From NCBI GenBank assembly GCA_030704615.1, contig CM060733.1:38378001-38442000 (forward strand): a stretch of DNA of 64,000 bases. The letters run 5' to 3'. Position numbers and translations under genes: made by a program. This document shows positions 1-12,100 of this stretch, piece by piece. The notes under the pieces are model-generated. The model ran no database searches. It had not been told where the DNA came from and saw only the letters and a program-made list of their open reading frames with translations. Source of the DNA: Takakia lepidozioides (Eukaryota > Plantae > Bryophyta). Position 1 is the first letter of the stretch. Every line of letters starts with the position of its first letter.

Positions 1-128
1 TCCCAATGAACTTGATTGACTAGACTATGCTTGCCCAGGCCTGTGTCCTTACATCAGCAGGCAGGGAAGAATCACACACCTGAGTTTCTGAACTCATATC
101 TGAAAGGTGGAAGATAAAAGAGGAATAC

Positions 129-2022
129 CTGGTATTCCCATTTATTAGCCATTTCGAGGATCACACTTTTTGCATTTGAGTGTAGTGTGAAGAGTTCCAC
201 CTGCCCTGGAAAGTCAAACAGCAAATAGTGATCTGGCCCAAACAGTCACACTGCATACATGATTAGTCACCTGCCTAGGACACAAAATTCTTGACATGGG
301 TATGGCCAATCAGGTTTCAAAGCTCTGCTGATAGAGATTCTTGATATGTGTAGGCTGACAAACCCATAAAAGAGAGTGAGAGAATAGTCAAGCATGTGTA
401 GTCCAGTAATAAATGGAGTTTGTGAGCATTGAAGGTTTGAAGGACTGTTTATAATGATTGGCACAGGAAATTAACTTTTTCATTCCATGCCAAAACTCTG
501 GACTGGAGCATCGTGAATGGCAGCACAATCCGACATGCACAGAATCCTGTTCACATTGTGTATGAGTTATAGCTGCACACAATTATGTTTGCCGTACTAT
601 CCAATTATGTTTCTGCCTCCCATGGAAGACCTTCGTCCATACAAGTGAAATACTATCTACAGCTCCAGATGCCGCTACCTATACTATAGTCATGCAACCA
701 TTGCATGGTAGTATCAGTACGTATACAACTAACTGTGCAAACGAAACTGTAATATGTCTGCATCCACACACCTTTGACAAGGGGTTGAAGCTTGGCCTGC
801 AGCCAGTCAATGTTCTTTTCCAGATAGTCCATGCAAAACACTAGCCCTGTATGCACAGAGCCACCCATCAGTTTCACGTCCCTAAACAATCAAGATCATA
901 GTGCTGACAAGCAGCAACAACAACAACACCAGTAATCTTGTGAAAATCATGCAGGACTAGGGGTCTGAATCTGCAGAGGCCATCTATGTGTGCTTCCCAG
1001 CAGCCACCACTTCATATGGGCCCTACCAAGCTCTGTGTGGAGAGACACATATTCCTCTGTCATCTTGTGCCGAAGTGATACACTTTGTTTGGTGTTTCTA
1101 GCGGATGGCCTGTCTCGATCTGCGAGTGCGCATGTAGTGCACGTTCAAGTTGCACATATATTTCTTGCCAGCCCTAAAATAATGAGTTTTTTGTACCCCA
1201 ACTTTCAGTTCAAGAAAATTCTTCTGTGCTGGGAGTTCCGCATGTCCCACTTTGATCCAATAGATTTGGGAGATTGAGAAGAAAATTTACTGCTACAGTT
1301 GCTTGAAATGAAACAAACAATCAAAATGTTGCCTGGGCTGACTTTCCCAGGCTCCAAAGGTCCAGTCAAAGCTCTAGCAACTGTTCTTAACACAGGCAGC
1401 ATAGCCGAAAATGAAACTGAACGCTGTCAAATGCATGGCTGAGTGAAGGCCCAAAAGTTGGAAAATGTATCCGCAGTCCTGAGGGAGAGAAGTACCTCCA
1501 TTAGGACCAAGCCCATGCTCAGCCATTACATCGTCCAGCTTGATAAGCTCTTCAATGTTGACTGCACACTCATACCTATGCACCAGGTTAAGGGCTCCTT
1601 GGTAGACTTTCTGTCCTCTCTTCCTGTTTGTATTACAAAACTCAAATGTAACTCCATTTTCTTTCTTGCACAGAACACGAAGTCCTTACAGAGCCCAGCA
1701 GCCCCAGCTGGTCATCACAGCACTTCCCAGGAGGAGAGACAGAGAGAGAGGATACGGAAGATGGTCATTGGCTGGGTCCAAATTCACAACCGCAGTCTTC
1801 CTGCCAGACCAAATTCCCATGCACAATCAGCCCTTTTTAGGTCTTGGCCCTCCACCCTGTTCAGAGATGTTGAAGATACACAAGTAAGGCCAGCTTCCAG
1901 AGGAGCATACAAGAGGCGAAGGATACAGACCTGCCAATTAGCTGAAGGAACTGTGACATCCCATTGCAGTAGGTGGTTTTCCCAGAGCCTGGTGGACCAA
2001 TAACCACCTGCCCGAACACCAT
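129..2022 (-). CDS. GPN2: GPN-loop GTPase 2 (QQT1-like), 5' five coding exons; gene continues beyond the left edge
   Basis: In-phase GT-AG exons: 1931-2022 ([32 protein letters not shown]-loop), 1756-1800 ([15 protein letters not shown]), 1496-1575 ([30 protein letters not shown] motif), 772-846 ([24 protein letters not shown]), 129-232 ([15 protein letters not shown]). A probable 5'UTR exon lies at about 2652-2682. Confidence 0.95.
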
Positions 2023-2044
2023 TGCCTCCTCTTATCCGCAATTC

Positions 2045-2107
2045 CCTCAAACTGGGCGCGGGGTCAATGGCCACAAGGCTACGGCAAACAACGTCTTATG
2101 AGTACAA
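2045..2107 (+). mobile_element. 63-bp 5'-truncated copy of an RTEX-like LINE 3' end in the GPN2 5' region
   Basis: Nearly identical to about 14610-14672. Flanked by a perfect 15-bp TSD TCTTATCCGCAATTC (2030-2044 and 2108-2122). Confidence 0.92.
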
Positions 2108-5100
2108 TCTTATCCGCAATTCTCCTTCCCTCCTAAAGCTCAGTTTGTCGCTGTAAGGGACACTGGGACTCACTGCAGTATTTTGGTCTTCCCAGTCTTA
2201 AGAACAAATTAACCAGTAGAATCTACCTCAAGCCAAACACACTGCAATGCATCATTATGTGACCTGAAACCAGCACGCAGACGTAACCTAGCAGGTGGAA
2301 AAATGTCTTCTCGAGTCAAGGTGACTTATTACCGCTACAGCTCAAGATTGACCTAATATGTTACCATTTTCTACTGCTTTTTATGGATAGGAAAGAGCTG
2401 AACTACAAATGGCCCTTCATGGTTCAGGCACCGGCCTGAAGACATTGACAACTGCATTTGCACCGGGCAAAATGACCACACATGAAGGTGCCCTTCTCAA
2501 GTTCTATGGACACAGGCTCATTATTCAGCTCATAAAAAGCCTGGCCTCACCCATCCATAACCCCATTTGTACCACAGCAAGAATTTTCAGAAAGAAACCT
2601 TGACTAGCAAAGATTTTGGTTCAAGCTCAGAGACTCAACAATAGCTCTGACCTCCTCCTTCGTCAACCCCGTGTGTTCAAATCTATCAAAAGAAAAACAA
2701 CAGATTACATGCCTCTTAGATGCAGATAGATGCATAAATCCTAAACCCAGATTGTGAAGCTTAAACCGCTGAAGCTGGCAGGACAGTTTGCCCAGACCTT
2801 GGCGCAGCTCAAGTTGAACACATCATTTGGTGCCGGTCCATCTTCTTGACAAAAATTGGCATAACTACTCCACAGGAGATTGAGTCAGGAAACACTGCAG
2901 CTATGTGCTAACATCCGAAGCTTCCAACACGATCCTTATTGCACAGATAACGGGTGTTTCCTCCTTTCGAATTGTAATGCGACCAAACCTACATTACACA
3001 AAGACAGGAAAGCCTTTTAAATATTCTCCTGTAACAAAACAAAACGGTGAAATTCATCTCGGTACTGTAGTTTCATCTGCAAGCTGACCCTAAAACATTC
3101 TTTCCAGACAGCGTAACAACAATACTAAAACGGGCCCACAGTCGCATGTCAACGCAACATTTGAAGAAAACTCCCACATCTTGCATACTCGACTCGACAC
3201 TGAACACATTCGCCTTCCCAAATCTCTACTTCTAACATGATTTTGACTTTCCAGCGTTGTATCACGGCCAACTCCCGAACCAAAAATCCTTACCAGCCTG
3301 GCTATAGACAATTCGTCGTCGACCTTCTATGATGGTTTGCACAACAAAACACGTTCTCGGAAAAGGAAATGTGCAGTCTTCGGATGCATTGAATGTCGGC
3401 TTGAAAACGGGATGAAGCCCTTGAACTTTGTTGTAATAATAAAGACTGATCCCAGAGAGGCAAATTCCATTAGTTATTCTTCACACATGCGAGGATTTCG
3501 TGAAGCCATCTTTTCCTTCGCGAGAGAGCGCGTTCATTTCATGCAGGAGGATGAAGTAAGGTAATGCCAGTTTCAAGAGACCTGTATCAGTCCATTCCAT
3601 TTGGAGGGGTGATCACTGCTTGACCTGCGTGCAAACGATGTTCAGGTTGAAAGGTACGAGGTGGCTCTGGTAGGTGTTCTTCTCAGATCCTTTACAATGG
3701 TGAATCAGAGGATTCTGGAAGGTGGGGTATTCATTTCATGTGACAAGGGCTTTTGATTGAAGTTGGTTTGCGGATGTTGTCAAGAGGACCAGCCAGTTGC
3801 ATGCATTGATGACAATTATGCTTTTGTTGTCGCAAAACAGTAGTAGGACCTCGGCTGTTCTTCCTCTTAAAGGGCACGAAAGTAGGCTGTGCAAGGTAGC
3901 ACGAAAACTGCTTGGAGCTTGGTGGATGTAGCCTGGATATAATAATCATGAGAAGTTCTGAGGTTGAAGCTAATAGCTGCTCAGCTGCGTGCGGGTGGTC
4001 TAAGGTGATGGTCTAGATTCGGATCGAAGGACAGAGTCTGTTCAAACACAGGCTGTGGAGTCCTGAATGTGGCGTGACCACCGTCAGCCTGGCTTAAAAG
4101 CATCACAAGCTCCTTCAGGATCTTCTGCAACATCTGTACAATCCAATCAGCACCATCACCTTTTGTTCTCCAGGGACACTATTCCACATTATGGACACGG
4201 ATTGGGTAGTCGTCCAGAGGTGCTTGTGCGGGAGCCAGTTTACAGGAGACCCAGGGTTGACAGGATCGCACCTGCACAGCATCAGGCAAGCACGTAATTA
4301 GTACATATACATATTTCATCTGTATATCTCATGTGCACGAGTCCGGGATCGCATGGCAAAGGCGTGGATCCAAGTCTACTTGTAGCGCAATGTGAAGTGA
4401 TGAAGAAAGATGACAATCGTTAGCTTGGCCAGGGCACAGCCTGCTCCCCACACCGAACGGTTGGCTTGGAATCCAACAAACGCACTGTAAGTCATAAGCA
4501 GTTCATTACGTGCACATGCAGAAATGACGACAACACCGCACAGCGCTTTACCCAAATTCGATGTGCAGGTCACACGTCTGGCAGACTACTTGTGAGAGAT
4601 TCGCAAATAACGACCAAGTAAGCAAGTGCAGCTTCTGGAAAATAATCAAAGTCTCGCTCTGGTGGCCGAGTCAAGTGGGAAGTTCGTCCCGAGCTTGAAG
4701 GAGAAGCAGGCGAGTCTGTGTTTAACTGGAAGTTGATTTCGGGTCTCTTGGGGGGCAGAAAGCAGCAGTCTAGTGGAAGATCGTTATCAACTTTGTGAGG
4801 GCGAGCATAAATGGAGAACAATGTCTTGCAGCTTTACAATGAAGCTACACAAATTTCAGAGGCCTACCTCCATGAAGGTAGTATGAGTTAGTTTAACTTG
4901 GAATCCCCTAACTTCCCCATTTTCTACTTCTTCTTCTTCCCCCCTCACTCCTTCATTACCTCTGCCAACAGCCTTTTCTCCGTGAGGCTTTCACATTTTA
5001 ATCCAACAGAATGTGAGACAATGTTCAGGTGCTGAGGCAGAAAGCAGTATACCTTGAACTTCGGGTTGACCGACAAAGTCTCTCTCCCTTCCCAGCCCAG

Positions 5101-5213
5101 TTTGTAAAGCAATGTTTAAACAAGGTGGAGACACAAGGGGCACATCCAACACTCCTTTGTTCTATCTGCTTTAGATTAAGATGCATGCCAACAAATATTT
5201 TATGAAGGCGTTG

Positions 5214-5257
<44 letters not shown>
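5214..5257 (+). other. Isolated 44-nt fragment of nuclear 25S/28S rRNA (helix 69 region; R2 / I-PpoI target site); not a functional rRNA gene
   Basis: AGCGCGGGTAAACGGCGGGAGTAACTATGACTCTCTTAAGGTAG matches the conserved eukaryotic LSU rRNA sequence from memory. The flanks are not rDNA. Confidence 0.9.
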
Positions 5258-6121
5258 AGGCAAACACAGCTTCGGGCAGGCGTCCTCCTTTTGGCAAGTG
5301 ATCTTGGTGACATTTCAAGGGACTTTGTTTCATAGTCTGCTATTGATAACCTTAAGGCCATCCACCGCTTCTCACTGTCAAACTAGCTCAACCAGGCCAT
5401 AAAAAGATGCTGGCAATTTCCAGTAGAGCTGGGCAGGATCACATCTTTCAGAGTTTATGACATTAGCGCTTCTTTGAGCCTCTCTTCGGCTGTTCACACA
5501 ACAAAGGCCACGTCAGAAGTTTCCTGTGTGTGTTTGAGGTTGCAATCCTGCTACATGCCAGCAGTAAAACAATGTGATTGGCTACCTAAAGACTGAAAAA
5601 CCCATGCAGAAACAGCCTCTTTTCAGCTAATCTGCAGTTGCTGGCTTCCAGAAAGTCCCACAGTTTATTTCCTTCCCAGGAAGGGAAACACCCCATGTCA
5701 AACTTTATAGTCCGTCTTGGCTTCTCCTGTCATTCAAGGAGAAATGCTCCATCTCTCATGATAAAACTGGTCACAACTTATCACGGGTCGTACAGGCCGT
5801 GGCTGACCAGTACCTCCCTTCCTCTAAACAACTCAAAAACACATGACCAGGTTACAGAGATGCTGTTCTGGGACTATGATCTAACTACTGCTCCAAGGCA
5901 ATGGGTTCTGGTGACCATACACCTCCCACAAATGGGCTAAATTGGGCCTGCTAGAAGGCTTCGATATTCATTCTTGTCTGTTAACGCTTCCTTATTTTGT
6001 TCATTGATTATCATCTAGGCAAAAAGAATAACACTGAATTCCTTCAATTTTGAGATTCTTGGAACCAAGTGTCCTGCAATATATAAATTGGACTACAATG
6101 AGAGGGAAAACTATGAGGAGC

Positions 6122-9100
6122 TTATACATCATATTCTGAAGATGAAAGCAAGCGTTCTGACTCGACTGGCAAATCCTTCAGGGGAATCTGTGGATTTACC
6201 CGCGGAATAATTGATGTTAATCTGATACAGGCAACCTCTACCCGAAAAAATATCCACTGAAAACGACGGAACATCTCAAGGGCTGAAAATAAGAATACTG
6301 TCTTGAAGTTGTGCCGCAAATGGGCCGACAGCTTATATGTCCAGGCGTATCTCAGGACCAAATTGCTGATAATAGCCCAATAATATACCTGGTTTCACCA
6401 AACAGAACAATATGTTTAGAAATGGGTGAAAGAGCAATCATCTTGAAACTCTGGAACTGAAAGTTGCATTGTTGTTGACAAGAATTTGAAGCCGATGGTC
6501 AAACAGATGACACTGCCTCCATCACCATTTGAGGCATAGAGGGGGGCGATTCTTGATGGTCGGTCGGTTGCAATATGACTGATATGTATTCTCGCCTTTC
6601 CTGAACCTAGAGATTTGGAAGCCTCTCAGTACCCAGGTCGACAATGTCCTTGCCCAGGTAAACCACACTTTATCGCCTCCAACTCAGGTATATGGCCATT
6701 TGAACATGTTACCCTGTGCAGGGCTGGCCTGTGTCGAAGGCTTGCAAACCTCACAGGTGTCTGAGGACATCTACTTCATCAGAATGCAAATAAATGCATG
6801 TAGCCGTAAAAACTAATACTGAACATGCAAACGTGTCAGAAATAGAGCAACCCTCCATGCTACTTGCTGCCTCTCTTTTTTGTATGAAAGCTAAGACAAA
6901 GCGTACTGTATGTAACTTAGGAAAAGACATGATGTACAACTCCCAGCATATGATTACAGACAGTTCGACCCAAGAGGGGCTAGAATCTTACCCACTTCCG
7001 ACTGTAAAGTAAGGTTGGACGTAGAAATTGTTTCCTTGATTTACATGGACCAGATAATGCCCTGCCATCAGAGCAGCATCCAGTTTATTTCACAGGTCTT
7101 CCCAATGCATCAAGAGGAAAAAAATCAGCTAAGAAGGTTTTTACTTCCAACATGAGCTCCATGCACACATAATTCCTTCTAAAAGTCGACACCTTGTCGT
7201 ATCTGTCCTTCCTATTTCCCTCTCCTTGTGTCTTCTTTATGACATCTTTAAACGTCACATGAGATAAGGTCCTCCTGTTGATCTATTTTTATTTCTCTCC
7301 TCGTCTTTTTGGGGCTTTCTTTGGCCGAGGAACAGTGGAGGGCTCTCTTTCCCTGTTTCGAACTGGGCACGGGGTCTATGGTCACAAGGCTACTGCAAAC
7401 AATGTATCATGAGTACATTCTTTCAAAATCTCGAGGCTGAGCGCTAGCCCACTTGGGGTCTAACTGCTGGGCAGATCACACACAGCACATTGACGCGTGT
7501 TTGAAGGGCTTTCTACAGGAAATCTGGAAAGCCTGAACAAATTGTTTATATCATGGTGAGTCCCACTACTGGAGTGAGTCCCTCACAAAGGTAGTGTCGG
7601 TTCCCTCTTGTTCCGTCCAAACTGGCTTCAGGGTCTGTGACCACAAGGCTACGGGAAACGTCGTCTCATCAGGACATTCTCTCTCTCTCTCTCTCTGTGT
7701 CACATTTCACTGGAGGAAAATGATGCAGAAAATTCAGCTCAAAAGTTACTGAACTGAGTCAGGCTATTGTGAGCTTCCTTCCGCCTATGAAGAGTTAGTG
7801 AAAGCCTAAACCACCTCCCCATGCTCGGTAGTAGGCTAAAGTCCACACTACCAGTATGTCTTTGAGTGCAAAAAAACGATTGTCATGCAACCTCTTTTCC
7901 CTCACTTCCAGAGGCTCAACACACTGCTGAAACCAATGGCTTCCTGGGGTCTGAATTCTCGGGGGATATGTGCATCAAATTGATGCTAGGTTTAAGAGCT
8001 ATTTTCAGAAGATCTGGAAAACTGGAATCATCTTCATTTCAACATGAGAGTCCCATTAGATCAAGGCTACTGTGATGGTCGGTCTCTCCTTCCAGTTCTG
8101 CTCCTGGAAATTGGACATGGAGTCTATGCGAGCAAAGTCTAAATCAGTGCCTCTCTCATTGACTAGTAAAAGGGCAAGCAAACCAGGACAAACTTCCAAA
8201 ACCTAGATCATTGCCTCTCGAGACCCTTAAAGATGCCTGTTGGTTCCTAGACTATAACTGGCAGTGCCATGTGTCACAGCTATGTTTAGTACGAGTGCTC
8301 GAAGCAGTAAGCTGCAATGTCCAAGTGAGCCCTTAAAACAAAAGTAAATCCCCTATAATGCAGTCTGTAGTTGGCTGGGCGTGATGCAATAGCAATTTTG
8401 TGCAGGGTAACCATACCCTGGAGGACTTCAAACCCCACAACACTTCAGAACAGTTGGTACGCTGTGGGAATGATGCCCTCACAGGTATGAAGATGCAAAG
8501 GTTGGCAGGGAACAGTCACGACCATGGCAATCACATCCTCATGACTGTCTCTCTCTGGATGATGGTCAAGACACAAACCCTAGATCCCAGTCACGGCTAA
8601 TATCCCAATAGAAGCTATAGACTGAATTGATGACGGTGCAAAGCAGCCATAGTGGGCGTAGTCTCCCAAACCACAGTTCTGCCTCCACGTGATACTTGAG
8701 GGCCGACAAAAATATGACAGGAAACGCTGTGAAGTACTTTATTGCTGCACCCACACCCTTACACCTCAGAAGTTGTAAATCACACTTCCCTCTTTTAGTC
8801 ATTTAATCGTTACAACTACAGCGTTTTGAGCTTAGTGCCGACCCAAAAACCCAAGCTTTTCCCCCATCTTTTCTTTTGCAAGGTAAGTGGAAGAATCCCT
8901 CATAGACAGAGAAACCTTTAACATGTTCAATACCTGAGTCAGCAAAACCCCATGCTGTTCGGTTTGCAGAAGTGTGGCTATCAACTTGCTAGGTCGTTGA
9001 AAAGCAGTACAAGGCATCTAATGTGGCTCTCCAGGGGTTATCCCATAAAACAAGAAGCTCACAATGTTAGATCTTCCAATATCCAGGTGACACTGAGCAC

Positions 9101-12100
9101 CTCTTACTCACCAAACATAAAGACAAAGTGCATGTCCAGGAGGAAAAATTTACCCACCATTGAGAATACAGGACCTGTCTTTGGTGTCATGGTACTGCCG
9201 AAGGCATTGTAAGAAGCGGCAAAAATATGGGAAGGCCAGAACACATGGTATGTAGACTGAGTGGCTCCCACAAACATCATCTGCATCCAACCAAGCAACT
9301 GTTGCCACCTGCCCTCCCCCACTAAAACATTTGTTAGGAAAATGGAGGAGTACAATAAGTCATATCTTCTGAATAAAAGGTAGAGGGTATGAACTAAAAG
9401 ACAAGAAGAACCAGGAAGAATTTTAGTATGTCTGTGGGAGGCCCAAGGGCCTATGAGACACAGTTAAGGGGAAAAACCAATTTATTCTGTCCCTGGGAGA
9501 CCTGTGGGATACAATACTACAAGCAAACCCAAAGAGCGTATCAATTAGCACAAACATGGCTCAGAGATGGGCGTGACTCATGCAGGTAAGCTGCTAATAA
9601 CTTTGGGTCCTCATAGGTGAAGTCTCTCTAGCCAAGGGAGACAAGCCTCTACCAAAAAGTATCTCCCTTCATTTTGAAGTATCTATGTACAGAATGAAAG
9701 AAATGGTACTTTACAACGTCCGCGGAAAGCTCAAAGACAGAAAAATACCATTTGCCTGTCTCCATCTGTAGGGTGCGACTACAGAAGAAGAAAGAAAAGT
9801 ATGATATGAATGCAGGCCCAGGGCACAGCTGAGAAGAGGAAGAAGAAAAACATTAATTTGATTACATCCACTGGAGGCTGAGAGGAAAAGGAGGGAAACA
9901 GAAACGGACGATATAACAGAAAGACAAAGAACCTTCATAACGTCAATCGGAAGTAAAGCGAGAAGAATGCATGGGAAAGGCCATAGGAAGCGAACAAAGA
10001 AACCTGATGAAGTCCACGCGAAGCTGAGAGAGAGAAAGAAAATTTATAATGTCCATGGGGACATGGGACAAGAGGGACCCACTACAAAACAGTAAACCCA
10101 AAGACAAGCAGGTACCATGCCAGGCACTGAAACAGAGGTAGGGGATGTGTCAGTCTTTGCTGGAGAGAGTGATTTATGCTCAGTGAACCTTGCTTCTTAC
10201 AGCTGATATAACCTGCCTGATTGGACAGAGTAAAACACGGGGAGAGGGCGAAGGGCCAAGACAAGGGCAGAATTGGCACTACCACTATTGCAAAAGGCCG
10301 CCATGGTAGTGGGACTCACTTAAGGAAAATGAAGCTGATCTGAAGAAAAAAGATATGTTAAGTCCACGGGCCGAGAGTGACAGAGGGATCACTCTCCTTC
10401 TGTTGTGATCTTTAGATGTTCGCATGAATTGGCTTATATTATACTGACAGTGAGAAACTAACAGACGGACCACAGATATACCCCATGAAGAGATGGAGTA
10501 TCACATGGGTGAATGCGCCTGCTGTCAGGAGGTCGACATAGAATTTCAGCAGATGCACTTTTTAGAGAAGTACAGGGTTGATAAAGCAACATGCTTGAGA
10601 TTCATGTAGTCCTAAATTTGTACAGAATCTGAATGGACCAATCATCAGTGCTGAGAAAACTTGCCTGTCGATGATACATTCTACAAACAGAGCGCTCCAA
10701 GTCTGAAAGGACCTGCATATGAAGGAGTTATCTTTAGCGACTTTTCCAGATCAACATGGACTCCAGAACAAAGCTACAGACTTGAAGCTTGGTCAAGTGA
10801 AATGCCAGACAAATTGCCTGTGATAGCACCGATTGCATGTCAGATACTGCCACAAAACCTGATCAATGGTTAACCACAAATCGTTTAACAGTTGCAATGT
10901 GTTAACACTGGTGGGTAAGGGGTGCCATAATCCTCCAGAATCGTCTGAAAGACAAGCATTCTTTTTCCTTCTTGTACTCGTTAGATCTTGGTTTTCTTTG
11001 AGTAAAGAGCTAAAGGATAGAGACCATTGCAGGGCCAGGAGCTACACGAAGTCCTAGCTAGCCCCCTCAATGAAAAATCCACGTGTCTAACTTCAACCGA
11101 ATAACTATATGTTCTAGATACTCCTAACATAAGGACAGTTCAAGAATCAGGAGGGTACAAAACTGGCTGGGCAGATACAGACACATGGACTCCTCGGTCA
11201 TAGATAGACAAATGGCGAGTTGGGAGTAGTGCATAGTGGGATGAATAGCCAGTGGCAGGAGAAGCCTCAAGTCCCACCTAGAGGCTTACACAGGAGTTCA
11301 GGTATTTGTTGTGTGGAAAATGTCGCTTACACCTCCAAATTAGGTAACAGATATGATCAAGACCTTACTGTGCAATCAGAGCGCCCTAACAGTGAGCTAC
11401 TTACAGAAAGCTAATTCGTGTCCATTAAATTGCAGCTGCAGCTAAGATCACTGGTGAGGATTTGGGATGGCCATTTGAACTATATTGGATTGACTAAAAA
11501 TTCTCCAGCTGTGCACTGGAAGCAGTTCTGGGATTTATCAAGGAAAGTGCATTGTTCAACAAAAACTTCAGGGGCCTCTGGTTGTAGCGAAAGAGTGTTC
11601 ATCGAAAGAATTCAGTTCTCATAAGTCAGTACATCACAAAAGACGTCTGCAAATAATACAGGCCGCACAGCATGAATCCACAGAGTCACCTACTTTGGCC
11701 ATGGAGGTCAGTATGTCTGCCACAAAAAAGTCTGCAAATGAGATAGGCTGCACAGTACCAACACATATAGAGTAAGAATTGCATGCTTCCATGCACTCTC
11801 TGGCCCTCTTCCTCAGCAGTGGCATCCAGTTCAAAGGTTAACAGCGCAATCATGGGCACCTCATCTGTCCGATTAGTGGGCAGCAGTACTAGTACAGGCA
11901 TCAACATTGTGCCCTCTTGCTGCAGGACAGAATTTGAGCATGTCATCCTTATGTATACATGTCCGACCCTGGCCATTTTATGACTCCCCACAAACCACAC
12001 ACAGTAGCTAGTCCTGCTTTGACGCACAAGACAGTCTCACATCTATAATATTCTTCTCAAACATGTCCTCCCAAAACTTTCAAGAGCACTCACTCTACAT

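Noticed and set aside
5258-5420. R2 element or HDV-like ribozyme downstream of the rRNA fragment
   Set aside because: The tcctcc segment lacks a pairing P3, the short complementarities are in the wrong order for a hairpin, and no ORF follows.
9700-10530. Nested minus-strand micro-exon gene in an EXS intron
   Set aside because: The apparent acceptors come from the pyrimidine-rich antisense of a purine-rich LINE-like relic. No coherent protein results.
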